DNA of 64,000 nucleotides from an uncultured Nitrososphaerales archaeon (GCA_963709405.1 CAVPXM010000073.1:44533-108532), one strand, 5' to 3'; positions 1 to 12,596 are shown, counted from the first letter of the stretch. Notes: generated by a model from the letters alone, not told the origin. Numbers and translations: made by a program.

Positions 1-171
1 GACTGTTCGTTGAATAGATTTTCTTGCAATATTGCCAGTAGTAACGAGATCATCTCCAGCTTTAACTTTTATACCCTCTTGAAAGTACGCCTTGTATATG
101 AGGCCCCTTTTTACTTTATAATTCGCTAATTTTATTGAATTATAACCAAGATCTATTACAGATATTTTCAA
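1..171 (-). CDS. ppx: Ppx/GppA exopolyphosphatase, N-terminus (runs off window)
   Basis: Not in ORF track. Manual translation from TTG at 171: MKISVIDLGYNSIKLANYKVKRGLIYKAYFQEGIKVKAGDDLVTTGNIARKSIQRTV; IDLGxNS is the Ppx/GppA N-terminal motif. Confidence 0.8.
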   Translation of the reverse strand, partial: MKISVIDLGYNSIKLANYKVKRGLIYKAYFQEGIKVKAGDDLVTTGNIARKSIQRTV

Positions 172-703
172 ATCTTAGCCACCGTCCCACATTGGAATAA
201 CAATAATAATAATAAAAAGATGTGAGGATCTCTAGCATCTTATAATAAAAATATTTTCTATTGATCTAGTATTTTAGTTAGTTGTATATAGATCATATAG
301 ATCATATTGCATTAAACATTAAAATATTAATAATCCTGTATTCATAAACTTGATTCTGTTTCACATTCGTACTTGAAATTAATGGAGGTTTAGCTTTGTT
401 CCATTGGATGGATCTAAAAAGAGTTTATCTGTAAAATGACCATTAGTGAAATTGAACATATTCAGGATTGAACCCGTGGTACCTTCATTGACCTCTAATA
501 TATGTGGAGAAAAGATATCCAGAGGAATCCTAATTTTGTTTAATTAACTCCTTTATGTTATGAGGGTGTTGTTGTTGAGTTAGTAGTAGTGTTCTGACCA
601 GAGCTGACAACAATAAAAATATCGTTACAATAAATCTGTGCCTCTCCTGCTTCTTGTCATCAATGAGTGTAAAATTCGCATTCTAATAATATAATAATAA
701 TAA

Positions 704-1171
704 TCATTTTACAACTAACACAGGACAATGTGCATAAGTTACAATATGTGATGCAACACTTCCAAGTAATAGTTTCTTAAATTCTGATCTTCCTCTTGTT
801 CCAATTACAATTAAGTCAAAATTATTTTCTTCAGCATAATCTATTATGCCTCCAGATATATTCATGGTAGAAATAATTTCTGTTTTTATTTGAACATTTT
901 TTTCATGTGCTTTAAGTTTAACTTTATCCAAATATTTTTCACCATCATTTCTCATTCTTGTCATAAACTCTGAATTTTCAGGTGGTCCGAATATATCAAC
1001 ATCAGCACGTATAACATGCAAAGCGTAAAGTTCTGCATTATATTCTTTAGATATAGAGATAGCATAGTCTGCTGCATCCATTGACGAATCAGAGCCATCT
1101 ATTGCAACTAACATTCTGGAGAATACTGCTTTTTGAATAGTAGTAGTATCACGTGTTGTTGTATTTGACAT
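704..1171 (-). CDS. Universal stress protein
   Basis: LVAIDGS and DLIVIGTRGR...LLGSVA...AHCPVLVVK motifs. Confidence 0.95.
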   Translation of the reverse strand: MSNTTTRDTTTIQKAVFSRMLVAIDGSDSSMDAADYAISISKEYNAELYALHVIRADVDIFGPPENSEFMTRMRNDGEKYLDKVKLKAHEKNVQIKTEIISTMNISGGIIDYAEENNFDLIVIGTRGRSEFKKLLLGSVASHIVTYAHCPVLVVK

Positions 1172-1331
1172 ACATAGGTTATTTGTTATGATCTCTAATT
1201 AAATTCATATCATAAAATGATCCTAAAGATGCTCTAGTATTGGATAATAAACAAAAGATTCTTGATATGTTGGGCAAACAAAAATAATAATAACAATAAT
1301 AGTAGCATCGGTAACAATAACTTATTTTGTG

Positions 1332-1893
1332 TCACTTGTTGGTGTCGCTGCTGTTGTCTCTTCCTTTTCTTATTCTTCTTATTCTATCCTTTATCAAAAA
1401 TATTCCTCTAATAATCAGAACAATAATTCCAATTAATGATAATAATGGTCCAGCTATTGCCATGGCGCTCAGTAAGGTTTTAGGCTGGCCGCCGGCATCA
1501 AAGAATTCAATGTTGCCAAATATAGTATTTGCACTCAAATGTTTTGTCCCCAAATTTGTAATCAAAATGTTATCCACACCATCATTGCCTGGTACAAAAC
1601 TGGTAAATAGTCTGTGTGTAAAGTTAAGATGTAGTATTTTAGCTAGGCCTGGTTGTTGTATAACCTGAATATTTAAACGCACATCTGGTGGTTGATAATT
1701 TACAGCAATTGCCATTTTTGGCTGCTTTGACTTCTGAAGTCTTGAAAATGGATTTACCAGGAGAAAGTGTTTCAATGCTTGAATTAATTGAGAATAGTTG
1801 TTGCTTTAATATGACAAATATTATTCCAATTAAAATTATCCCTCCACCAAGAATTGCACCGCCAGCAATTAACAGCCTAGATCCTCGTTGCAT
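1332..1893 (-). CDS. Membrane protein, frameshifted (ORFs 1639-1893 and 1332-1775)
   Basis: N-terminal TM in one frame and C-terminal TM in another; the frame changes at a homopolymer near 1715-1720. Confidence 0.6.
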
Positions 1894-2006
1894 GTAATTT
1901 AGCTCATCAACCTACCACGACTAATATTAAACCTACCAACAAGCATCACATAGCTTATGATGTGTTACTCTTCGATAATTGGTTCTTTAATCTTTATTGA
2001 TCTTAC

Positions 2007-2255
2007 TTATCGAAGTTTGTCTTTTCTTTTTGACTCGATATTCTTCAATAACTCTTGAGCTTTATCCTGACCCAAGATCTCCTTTAGTCTTTCTTCTGAT
2101 TCTTTTCCTTTCCAAGAATCCAGCACTTTGATGACATTATCTTTAGTATCTGGAGTAAAATCCTTTATTGCATTGTCTATTATCTTTCTGTGGCCTCTAG
2201 CGAGATCCTTGGGTCTAAATACAGCACCCATATAATGTCTTATGAAGATCATCAA
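2007..2255 (-). CDS. Hypothetical protein
   Basis: 82-aa charged helical ORF with protein-like composition. Confidence 0.55.
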   Translation of the reverse strand: MMIFIRHYMGAVFRPKDLARGHRKIIDNAIKDFTPDTKDNVIKVLDSWKGKESEERLKEILGQDKAQELLKNIESKRKDKLR

Positions 2256-2649
2256 TAATAATATTATTTGGATTTGACATATTACCGCATTTATTTTTAA
2301 TTTACTTTATTTTAGTTGAACTTTTCGGGGTATGGAATATGGACAACAATATACATTCGTTACTTTGTCGCCTAACCCTCAATATGTTTAGCTCAGATTG
2401 CGATATTAGCCTTTTCTATGCTGTTGAGCATGGCCATTCTTATAACAGTCATAAGTTAGGCTTGTGGTAATTAATAAAATCATTTTCTTGTATAATTTTT
2501 TGATATAGAAGAGGATTTTTTGGAGACGTGTCTTAGACAAATCTGCAACTACATAAAGCTTCTTTTGTTATCGTTCTTATCCCGTGTATTACTATAAACA
2601 GTATTTCCATGAGATGGAGAATTTAGAAGGAATTTCTACTACATAGTAA

Positions 2650-2735
2650 TAGAAGCGTTAGCATGTAAAGAAGTATGGAATTTAGATAATGGTATTTCTA
2701 TACGTTGTAGATGTCATAAAGACTGCAGAATAAAT
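2650..2735 (+). pseudogene. Possible HNH endonuclease remnant
   Basis: Translates as IEALACKEVWNLDNGISIRCRCHKDC, resembling the N-G-x-x-L-C-x-x-C-H end of HNH domains. Confidence 0.3.
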
Positions 2736-3256
2736 TAAGAAATATGTTTATGGTCTGGTATATGAGAAAAAGCTAAATAAGCAAAACAACCGATAACAGT
2801 GGTATCAATTTGAGGCATGTAACATAACTAATGTACCTTTGAAAGCTATCACTTTACAAGCTCTTTGGACCATAACCGAGTTCGTCAAAATTCGGGACGT
2901 GCTGACAATACTTCAGTAGATGGGTTCTTAGATGGTAGGCATGTATTTCTACCATGGAACACTTAAGAACTTCGATAAGACCAGCGGGAATAGCTAATAA
3001 TTTAAGAGTTGAAGACAGTTTCACTAATGGAGAGTTTCATATTGAGACCAGATCACAATGCCTTCAATTGATTGTGCTGTTGTTGGTATAACTGACATTG
3101 TGGTGAGAACGGGCAATAGCCGCGACAGAAGTTAGACCGATTGCTAAAAAGAACCATAGCATATCTAGAAAAACGATTTGGAGATTAGTGATTGTTTATC
3201 TAGATATAACCATGAGTTACATGAGTTTATATTATTTAAGTCAACTACTATAATAA

Positions 3257-4555
3257 ATGACTAATCAAATAAAATCATTTAAGAAAAGAACCATAGTGAT
3301 AGTAGTTCTTGCATCTTTGGCTGTTATAATTCCTGTTGTATATTTAATTCATAACCCCTCTACTGCTTTAGCAGCTCCTTCTATAACAAAAGATCCAAAC
3401 CTGAAAGTTGAGACCGTAGTTACTGGATTATCTTCTCCTACTAGTCTAGCTTTTATTGATAATAACAACATCTTGGTCTTAGAAAAAGGGGGTCAAGTAC
3501 GTCTTGTGTCAAATGGGGTACTACAAAGCAGGCCAATCTTGCAAGTATCTGTTGCTACAGAAAGTGAGCGAGGTTTGCTTGGAATTGCTATTCTGAATAG
3601 TACAAAGACAGGTACTAGTCCCACTGCGGCCAATAACAACAAGTTCGTATTTCTATACTATACTGAATCCAAAGGTGGAGATTTAAGAAATAGAGTTTAT
3701 AGATATGAATGGAATGTGCAAAACCACAATCTTACCAATCCTACTTTGTTATTGGACCTTCCAGCACTTCCAGGTCCCAATCATGATGGAGGGAAACTGG
3801 TTATTGGTCCAGACCATTATCTTTATGCAGTAATAGGAGATCTTAACCATAGAGGTAAGCTCCAGAATATTAAGAATGGTCCTGATCCTGATAATACTTC
3901 CGTTATACTCAGAGTGAACCTTAATAACGGTTCAGCAGCCAAGGACAATCTTTTCATAAATGATGCCAATATTGCGATGCACAAATACTATGCATACGGT
4001 GTAAGAAATAGCTTTGGAATTACATTTGATCCTATAACCCATAATTTATGGCAAACCGAAAATGGACCTGATATATATGATGAAATTAATGTAGTAAAAC
4101 CAGGCTTTAATAGTGGATGGATTCAAGTTATGGGTCCACTATCAAGAACTGCAGGTGTTAGCACAGATCAATTAGTTAATTTTCCTGGCTCTCATTATGC
4201 AGATCCTGTATTTAGCTGGAAAAATCCTGTCGCAGTTACAGATATAGAATTTATGAAATCATCGGTGCTGGGAGAGAAGTACAAAAACAATATTTTTGTT
4301 GGCGATTATAATAACGGTAATTTATATTATTTTAAAGTCAACAATACAAGAACAGGAATCAAACTTGATATCAGTCAAGAGCAGGCTGGACTGTCTGGTT
4401 TGGTTGTAGACAATAGCAATCAGCTATCTGCAGTAACATTTGGTACTGGTTTTGATGGAATTACTGATATAAAGACTGGACCAACAGATGGCTTTCTATA
4501 TATTTTATCAATCGGTGATGGAAATATCTACAAAATTGTACCATCAACCAAATGA
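3257..4555 (+). CDS. PQQ-dependent glucose/sorbosone dehydrogenase family protein, exported
   Basis: Signal/TM N-terminus; ERGLLGIA, NHDGGKL, YAYGVRNSFG, ENGP..DEIN motifs. Confidence 0.92.
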   Translation: MTNQIKSFKKRTIVIVVLASLAVIIPVVYLIHNPSTALAAPSITKDPNLKVETVVTGLSSPTSLAFIDNNNILVLEKGGQVRLVSNGVLQSRPILQVSVATESERGLLGIAILNSTKTGTSPTAANNNKFVFLYYTESKGGDLRNRVYRYEWNVQNHNLTNPTLLLDLPALPGPNHDGGKLVIGPDHYLYAVIGDLNHRGKLQNIKNGPDPDNTSVILRVNLNNGSAAKDNLFINDANIAMHKYYAYGVRNSFGITFDPITHNLWQTENGPDIYDEINVVKPGFNSGWIQVMGPLSRTAGVSTDQLVNFPGSHYADPVFSWKNPVAVTDIEFMKSSVLGEKYKNNIFVGDYNNGNLYYFKVNNTRTGIKLDISQEQAGLSGLVVDNSNQLSAVTFGTGFDGITDIKTGPTDGFLYILSIGDGNIYKIVPSTK

Positions 4556-5733
4556 TCTATATAATATCATGTGCGCGAAGCAAGCGAAATCGTATAAGCT
4601 TTTGAAATTACATTCTATTTATCTCCTGTCTAGAACTTCGAGTTGTTTCGCCTGAATTTATTATTACGTAATTCTATTCGGCAAGCTCTTTTTTAGCAAA
4701 ATCAATGAGGAAAAATAATACCTGTCTATGGTGGTAAAATACTTTCAACATGTTACAGAATATGATGGGTGTAAAGCTGGCACGCAATGAAAATTATCTG
4801 GACTCGGGCATGCGAGTTTTTTCAGTTTTGTTTCTGAATGAATGTATGTTTATCTATCAGTAAACTACTAATAAAATATATAGTTTTATGCCAGGACTGG
4901 GGTGGTGGAAAGAGAAGAAACTAAAAGTCTAATATCTTGTGTGTGGGGCAAGGGGTTATAATTATAAACAAATTCTATCCGTTGTAAATGATAACTTAAA
5001 GAAGCATAAACTAGTATCTCAGAAAAGGCCTCATTTAATATTTTAGCAAAGACAAAAAAAGATGCTCAGGAATGGCTGAAATATCTCTCCGTAGGTAAAG
5101 ATGACTACATCGATGAATATAGACAGAGAATTATGGAATTAAAGGAACAACGTAGAGATTTATGTGAACTCGTTAGAAAATACGTTAGCCAATCATTTGT
5201 TCAAATCTCAGCTCATAAAGAAATTCATGCTCTTACAAAATCTATTTTACAATTATATGAAACACTTCCACTATTGGTAACTAACAGCAATATACCCCAA
5301 TGGCGATATATTTTGTGATTCTATCTACGAAGATACGACTGGTAAATATCCCGATCTTTCTGCATAACATAAAATAATGTATTCTTGCAATACTCCATTT
5401 TTTTAGGAATTTTTTCTGATCGGTAAGTCTCATCGAATCTTTTGAGCGTCGTTTCGTATTCATCAACGTATTCTTCAAGTCTATAATATTGTGTGAACCT
5501 TGTAAAGTTGGCAATCCTATGTCTAACTTTATCACGAAAGCGTTCAGTCAGAGGTACGAATGTTTTATGCCAAAAAGTACACTAATTACATGTACATAGT
5601 CTTATATCGTATTATTCCCTTTGACCTAGAAAATTGTGATGTTGTCATATATTTTTGATGATGATTTCAAATAGTCTTCATTGCTATTAAGTGAAAGATA
5701 TTCTTTAGTAAGTGAATACTGTCAATAAGGCTA

Positions 5734-5958
5734 TTGATTGGTAAACAATCATTGGGAATATCGGATAAACACTCGTGGAGTATGTTTCGAGGAAGTTCGA
5801 TGCGAACAGGAGTCTCTGCATCCAGGATACCCCGCAAACCTTCGCTTTTGTGGGTAACAGAAATTGGACCAAGCGTGTCCTCTCCTGTATTCGATGACAA
5901 TAAAATATACGTGGCAACTATGACTGGACGAATTTTTGCATTAAATCCATTTCAATGA
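5734..5958 (+). pseudogene. PQQ-like beta-propeller protein fragment
   Basis: WSMFRGSSMRTG...LLWVTEIG...SSPV...IYVAT..GRIFALN; only one blade present. Confidence 0.6.
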
Positions 5959-6231
5959 TGGCCTTTTTAGTAGATTTGGATTCTTCTTTTTGTTGTTCTT
6001 CTTGCATAGATTGTAATATCTTTGCATTTATATCATCAGTATCCAAGTTCGCTTTTAAATATCTTGCAAAATCAGAAGGAGTAATTATGCTTTCAGATCA
6101 CATTTTTGCTCCTCGTAAATATCAAATACTAATACCTGGACCTTGGTCTCACTGGGCTAAAATATTATTTGAGAAATATTATCTGTGGAAAATGAAACAT
6201 GGTGTTACATATTTGCCTTAAATAATAATAA

Positions 6232-6603
6232 ATGGTAAAGAGAAATAACATGACGACAATTGATTCAGAGCAGCTTACAAAATTTCTTAAAGATCCTATC
6301 ATTGTAAGAATAGTCAGCATACTAGACATTGCAAGTTTATCTATACTAGAGTTACTGGAATATGATTTAACCAGAAAAGACATTAATCATGCATTATCAA
6401 GCGGAGTTATTACAATTGATAAGTCTGTATCCTCAGCTTCATCTTATGAATATGATCAAAGAAATATGCTTGTTAGCGGAGACTATTATTTTTACAATTT
6501 CCTAAATAGTAAAGTGAAATTAACTGAGATTGGGCTGTATATTTTAGAATCTATAAAGGGAGACAAACAATCGAATGTGAATATTCCAAGGGAAGTAGAA
6601 TAG
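6232..6603 (+). CDS. Hypothetical protein, possible winged helix
   Basis: 123-aa ORF with a wing-like C-terminal VKLTEIG motif. Confidence 0.6.
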   Translation: MVKRNNMTTIDSEQLTKFLKDPIIVRIVSILDIASLSILELLEYDLTRKDINHALSSGVITIDKSVSSASSYEYDQRNMLVSGDYYFYNFLNSKVKLTEIGLYILESIKGDKQSNVNIPREVE

Positions 6604-6752
6604 CAAAGATGACAACGTATCTGAGCTTTTCGTCTTATCCAGATTAATTTCGATAATTTCCCAATCGTACACCTAAAAGCCTATAATCATTATTTTATAA
6701 AAATTTCTACTGATTTTGTATATTTATGAATTCATTTAACTTATCACTATGT

Positions 6753-6941
6753 TCATAGCGCATTATGGCAATAACATCTCGGTTTTGTTCTTAGTCCATG
6801 GCCACAACATGGACATTGCACACCTTTCCATTCTATGAAGATTGCATATACCTGATAACATTTCTGGCCTGCTGATCTCTGGCTTAAGGTAGATGCAGGT
6901 TTACTGACCCTATACTTTATGCATATGCCTTTACAAACCAT
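6753..6941 (-). CDS. Small Cys-rich (Zn-ribbon-like) protein
   Basis: CKGIC...KC...CPCCG..LRTKPR pattern; one expected CxxC looks degraded. Confidence 0.6.
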   Translation of the reverse strand: MVCKGICIKYRVSKPASTLSQRSAGQKCYQVYAIFIEWKGVQCPCCGHGLRTKPRCYCHNAL

Positions 6942-7022
6942 CGAAGTATGAGCCTCTAAAAGACGGAAATCACAAAAAGTATGATATCTCAGTCTTAACT
7001 GAGTAGATATAATAACTCTCTG

Positions 7023-8022
7023 TGCTTTGTTGCATGATTCATTATGTTGTAAGTGATATTTATTTGACCACTCCGCATTTAGCTTACTAATAGTAATTAT
7101 TCTGATATGATTGACTGGCCTTCGTACAATGAATCACTAGTCAGACGTGGTCAAGTACTCTTGGATTTTGATGTCACTTGATGAATGGGATCATGAATTA
7201 TCTCAAATGAATGAAGGTAAGGTTGGTGAGCCCTATGACTACCCAGATTCATTTATGCAGCTTCTAGGTTACATGAGAGCATATTTCCATCTACCATATA
7301 GACAAACACAGGGTGTAGTCATAGCTCATGCGAGTAAAAAAGTTCCAGGCATACCAGATTATAGTACTATTAGTAGACGCATAAACAAACTGGAAATTAA
7401 AATCAATGAAAGATTGGGAAATGATATTGTCATTGCTTTAGACAGCACTGGCATTAAAGTAACTAATCGTGGAGAATGGATACGACACAAATGGCATGTT
7501 AGAAAAGGATATCTAAAGATACATGTGGCAGTTGACATCAAGAGGAAAAGAATCCTGTCTTTGGAGGTAACAAGTGAAGAGGTACATGATGGTAGGATAC
7601 TAAAGAAGTTAGTAGATAATGCTTCTGAAAATAATAATCTGAAGGGTATATTAGCAGACGGTATGTACGATAGCAATAACAATTTTAGATACCTATCAAA
7701 GAACCACATTAAACCTGGTATAAAGACAAGAAGTAATTCCAAGGTCAAGTCAACTAACTGTCATGCTAGGAATATGTCTGTAGTAAAACAACAAGCAAAC
7801 TTCAAAAGATGGAAGCGAAGCATGAGCTATGGACATAGATGGATGGCAGAAACAGTATTCTCTTCTATTAAAAGAATGTTCGGAGAACATGTAACAGCTA
7901 GAAAATTTTCTAACATGGTAAAGGAGATCTTCCTAAAGGCAACTCTGTATAACATGTTCAATCGAATGACATAACCATCAGCATAAATGAACTAAAATCC
8001 TAATGGATCATGCAACAGAGCA
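7023..8022 (+). mobile_element. IS5-family (ISH1-like) insertion sequence
   Basis: 22-bp TIRs (tgctttgttgcatgattcatta vs revcomp of 8001-8022, 2 mismatches); 8-bp flanks actctctg/gctctctg. Confidence 0.9.
7107..7974 (+). CDS. IS5-family DDE transposase (frameshift near 7178)
   Basis: MIDWPSYNESLVRRG start lies in another frame; LDSTG, ADGMYD, RWMAETVFS catalytic motifs. Confidence 0.9.
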
Positions 8023-8112
8023 GCTCTCTGCAATGCTAGTTCTATGAGGCGAATTGTGCATTAGGTTATGTGCTCCGAAATGTAGTAATTCATATATGCT
8101 AACTAGAATCGA

Positions 8113-8691
8113 ATGTATATATCAATGAACAACCAACTACAAATGAAAGACACTACGCTTGAAATTATATTTTTCTTGTTAATTGTAATCTCTTTATTAG
8201 CGACTAGTACGGAATTTTCGCAAAGTGTTGTATTTGGAGCCGTCAATATGGCGATGCAGAATGAGAGTGGGATGAGGGGAATGACAATGCCTAATAACAT
8301 GACGATGAAAAACATGATTGAACGTGGAAATATTGCCATGGGTTTTAACCAAAACAAAATAATGCATCATTTCATTGCAACTACAACCGGTGGTGAAATT
8401 ATGATAGTTGCTTTAAATAGCAGTGATAGTGACACAACAAAGCAAATTAGAAACCATGTTGCCGATATTCAAAATGAATTCTCTAAAGGCAACTTTACAA
8501 AACCCTTCTTCATACATGCGCAACAGGTCCCAGGTACCAAGTTAATGACTGAGAAAAAAGACCTAATAAAATACAGTATAAGACAAATGAGTAATGGTTC
8601 TGCTTTATTACTTACAACAAATGATCAACAATTAATTGGAGCAATACATCAATTCATTGCTTTCCAAACAGGCCAACATCGTGGACATTGA
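8113..8691 (+). CDS. Exported Met/His-rich hypothetical protein
   Basis: Signal/TM, Met-rich linker, then a domain with HHF, RNH, FIH and terminal HRGH. Confidence 0.75.
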   Translation: MYISMNNQLQMKDTTLEIIFFLLIVISLLATSTEFSQSVVFGAVNMAMQNESGMRGMTMPNNMTMKNMIERGNIAMGFNQNKIMHHFIATTTGGEIMIVALNSSDSDTTKQIRNHVADIQNEFSKGNFTKPFFIHAQQVPGTKLMTEKKDLIKYSIRQMSNGSALLLTTNDQQLIGAIHQFIAFQTGQHRGH

Positions 8692-9035
8692 ACATCAGCT
8701 GTATGTTCTGGAAGATCTTTTTTGGCCATTATGAATAGAAACGATGCAAATGCAAGAAAAACATGGTAGTACAAAACGGGAACATTGACTGAATATCTCA
8801 CAATTTGCAAATCGTATAGTGAGATGTACAACTTCGGATTTGCATTAATATTTTTCCTATGCATCTCTACCACCTTCATTACTACCAAACTAAAAATAGT
8901 CGTTGTGACTAGTTAGATATTCTGTTTAGGTGTAAGGGAGGGTTGGTGTTACTCCTTTTAGTGCAGATATTATTTTGTCCAAGGTCATACCCATGTGAAC
9001 TATTTTAAGGATTTCTGTTTTTTCGTAGTCCTACT

Positions 9036-9739
9036 GGCGCTGTTCAGTTAACGGATAGACCTATAGCTAAAAACATCCTACATTCTGATAATGTCCACAT
9101 CCAAAGAAAGAAGTAGGACCTCTCCATAGTATGTTTATTATGCATTACAGCTATACTTCTCAGGTTTATCACTTCGAAGAACATCACAAAGGCTATCTCG
9201 ATTTATCAAGAGAAACCATGTTTCCATTTGGAACTGGATCCAGCGCTACAAGCCAAAGAAGATATTGCAAACAAAAGAGATGTAAACTATCAGAATTTAT
9301 GATAGATGAAACGTTGATTAAAGTAGGTAGTGACTATGTATGATGGTTATGGGTTGCTATTGAGCCAAACGAAAAGACAATTCTTGGTATACGTATCTCC
9401 ATTGAAAGAAATATGCTTGTGGCTGAACAGTTTATAAAATCATTGATTAGAAAATATGGAAAACACAATATTTCAACAGATGGTGGTATATGATATCCAC
9501 AAGCATGTAGATAGATTTCTAAACATTCAACATCATCACAATCATTCCTAGATTGAAAAAAGCTTCATTGAAAGAACGATCCAATACATAATAAAAGATA
9601 GAACTGAGTGTTTTGATGATTATTTCCCTTGTAGGAAAGACAGTGATTGTAAGCTACAGCATGTCATTAATTGGATGAGTTTATTTGTAGATATGCACAA
9701 TAGAGAGAATATGGAAAAGAGTGTTAAGTGAACAGAGCC
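9036..9739 (+). mobile_element. IS6-family element with pseudogenised transposase
   Basis: TIRs ggcgctgttcagttaac / gttaagtgaacagagcc; IDETLIKVG and STDGG motifs broken by stops. Confidence 0.9.
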
Positions 9740-9764
9740 GCTGAGTAAGTGTGTACGTTTATGT

Positions 9765-11076
9765 ATGTGCAAAATAGAATCTCAAGCTTGGGATTCATAT
9801 GGAATTGGAATGGACACCAAAGTAATTAATCCATTTGGTTGGCTGTCTAAAGATGGCAAACTACTTTTAGCTGCAAGAACGCTAAGAACATTTGCGTATG
9901 GTTTTCTAAGTGTAATTCTTGCAATCTATCTAAAGTTAGTTGGTTTCGAAGACTTTTATATTGGCCTAATACTGACTACTACTTTAATAAATAGTGTAAT
10001 CTTTACTCTAATAGCAAGTTTTTATGCGGATAGAATAGGTAGAAGAAAAATTCTAATCGTCTATGCAGCTCTGATGTCCTTATCTGGAGCAATATTTTTT
10101 GTAACAACTAACTATATAGCATTAATCGTATCTGCGTTAATAGGTACGATTAATGTAACTGGAACTGAGACTGGTGCTTTCCTTTCAATAGAACAAGCAG
10201 CGTTACCTCAGACAATCAATGATATAAAGAAAAGGAATACGGTTTACGCCCTTTACAATATGGTTGGAACCTTTGCAATGTCTGCAGGTGTTCTGCTTTC
10301 AGGTTTACCGCAAATCATTGCACAGCAGTATGGAGTAAACCAAATTGAATCCATTAAACCGCTTTTTCTACTTTATAGCATCATTGGACTCGCAGTATTA
10401 GGCATTTACTATTTGATTTCAAATAAAGTGGAGGTTACGGTAAATATTAATGATAATAACAAACTATCAAAACCACTGAAACAAACTTTATCACCGAAAT
10501 CAAAGCAAATCGTTGGTAAACTATCATGTCTCTTCGCTGTAGATTCTTTTGCTGGTGGTTTTGTTATTCAAAGCATAGTATCATTATGGTTTTTTACAAA
10601 ATTTGGAGTTGAATTAACAACACTATCTTATATTTTCTCTATCGCTGGAGTTCTTACTGCATTCTCGTTCCTTGTAGCTGCAAAAATTGCTGACAGGATA
10701 GGTTTGATTAATACAATGGTCTTTACACACATTCCATCTAATATTTTGCTTATACTTGTTGCATTTGCTCCTACCCTTCCACTAGCAGTCGCATTCTATC
10801 TTGCCAGAATGACTCTATCGCAGATGGATGTGCCTACAAGACAATCATATCTAGTTGCAGTAGTTAGAGAAGATGAACGAACTCCAGGCAGCAGGGATAA
10901 CCAATATTTCAAGAAATATCGCGCAAGCAGTATCACCATCATTAGCCGGCTATATATTGCAGTCGTTATCATTTTTATCAGCCCCATTTGTAATAGGAGG
11001 AGTATTAAAAATTGTATATGATATTGTTTTATATTTTAATTTTAAAAGTATTAAACCTTCAGATGAAAGAAACTGA
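9765..11076 (+). CDS. MFS transporter (frameshift near 10885)
   Basis: ADRIGRR motif A, many TMs, SQMDVPTRQSY; the C-terminus continues in ORF 10873-11076. Confidence 0.9.
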
Positions 11077-11360
11077 GATACCTCAACTATCACGCCCTGA
11101 GGTTGCTTGTTCATCATACAAGACTGCATTTCATTCATATTTTGATCATTATTATTATTGCCAAATGCATCAATTCTAAGCCCTAAAAGATTATTGCATG
11201 CATACTGACTCCTATAATCGCAGTAAATACCGTAGATGAACAGGTTTTATAGCGTTGAACAAATAAGGGAACAATGAACAATTTATTTGACATGAGTTAA
11301 GATGAAACGTATGTTGGATAACTTTATACTTTACCTTATGTCTATTTTGATTATTGATAT

Positions 11361-12596
11361 ATGGAAATAGAGAGATTTTCAGCCAAGCGTGCTGAGATGA
11401 CCCTTCTTATGATTGTACTTTCATTGATATTGGCGATGTCTTTTATTTTTATCAATCCTCTAGTATATGGAAAAAACAATTTAAACAATAGTTCAAACCA
11501 ATCTCCGCAAATAATATTAAGAGACAGATCACTTGTTGCTCAGCAATATATTTCAGGTCTTAAGATTCCTATGAATATGGCATTTTTAGGAAATGACATA
11601 CTGGTTTTGGAGAAGAATACTGGAGATGTTAGATTAATTAGGGACGTAAAATTGCAACCTGATCCTGTCTTAGCATTGAATGTAAGTAGCAATACTTTTG
11701 AAGAAGGTCTTTTAGGAATAGCGACAAAGGACTCAACTGTTTATTTGCATTTTACTCAGAGAGATCTACAAAACAAAGTTTCTAATTTGTTCTATAAATA
11801 CACATGGGATGGTAACAGGCTTATCAATCCAATACTAGTCAAGGAAATACATGGAGGCAGTGGACTACACAATGGTGGGGTAATGGTGACCGATGCAAAA
11901 GGAACAGTAGTTTACGCAGTTATTGGAGATCTAAATAATCGAAAAGGTGTATTACAAAATCATCCAGATGGTGCACCTGATGATACCAGCGTTATTTTTC
12001 CATTAGAATCAAAAAATCCTCATCCTCCTCATGATTACTATGCTATTGGAGTTAGAACGAGTTTCGGACTTGCAATAGATCCAGTTACAGGTTATCTATG
12101 GGATACAGAGACTGGCGGCCAAGTTGGCTATGATGAAATTAACCTAGTGACACCAAAGTTTAACAGTGGCTGGGATGTACTTATGGGACCTGCAAATTCC
12201 TCGAAGCTATCTAGCATACCGCATTATGATGGATATGCATACCATGATCCAAAGTTTACTTGGCAAGAACCAATTGGGGTAACTGCTGTATCATTTATTC
12301 GATCACCTATTTTTAAAGAGTACCAAAACTCAGTATTAGTTGGCGGTTTCCATAATGGAATACTTTACGAATTAAAATTAAACAAAGATCGAACAGGATT
12401 TGCATTTGGAGAACCATTTCTTGCTGACTTAGTTTTAAATAAAAATGATAAATCTACGATAATTTTTGGAACTGGATTTGGTAGCATTACTGACATCAAG
12501 GAAGGTCCAGACGGTTTGATCTATGTTATATCTTTCAGTGATGGAACAATTTATCGAATCGTTCCCAAAAATATGCCTTCTGATGCAGGGAATTAA
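11361..12596 (+). CDS. PQQ-dependent glucose/sorbosone dehydrogenase family protein, exported
   Basis: EEGLLGIA, HNGG, YAIGVRTSFG, DEIN motifs; paralogue of 3257-4555. Confidence 0.9.
   Translation: MEIERFSAKRAEMTLLMIVLSLILAMSFIFINPLVYGKNNLNNSSNQSPQIILRDRSLVAQQYISGLKIPMNMAFLGNDILVLEKNTGDVRLIRDVKLQPDPVLALNVSSNTFEEGLLGIATKDSTVYLHFTQRDLQNKVSNLFYKYTWDGNRLINPILVKEIHGGSGLHNGGVMVTDAKGTVVYAVIGDLNNRKGVLQNHPDGAPDDTSVIFPLESKNPHPPHDYYAIGVRTSFGLAIDPVTGYLWDTETGGQVGYDEINLVTPKFNSGWDVLMGPANSSKLSSIPHYDGYAYHDPKFTWQEPIGVTAVSFIRSPIFKEYQNSVLVGGFHNGILYELKLNKDRTGFAFGEPFLADLVLNKNDKSTIIFGTGFGSITDIKEGPDGLIYVISFSDGTIYRIVPKNMPSDAGN

Noticed and set aside
4888-5600. Decayed ORF fragments on both strands
   Set aside because: Interrupted by stops and no family recognised.
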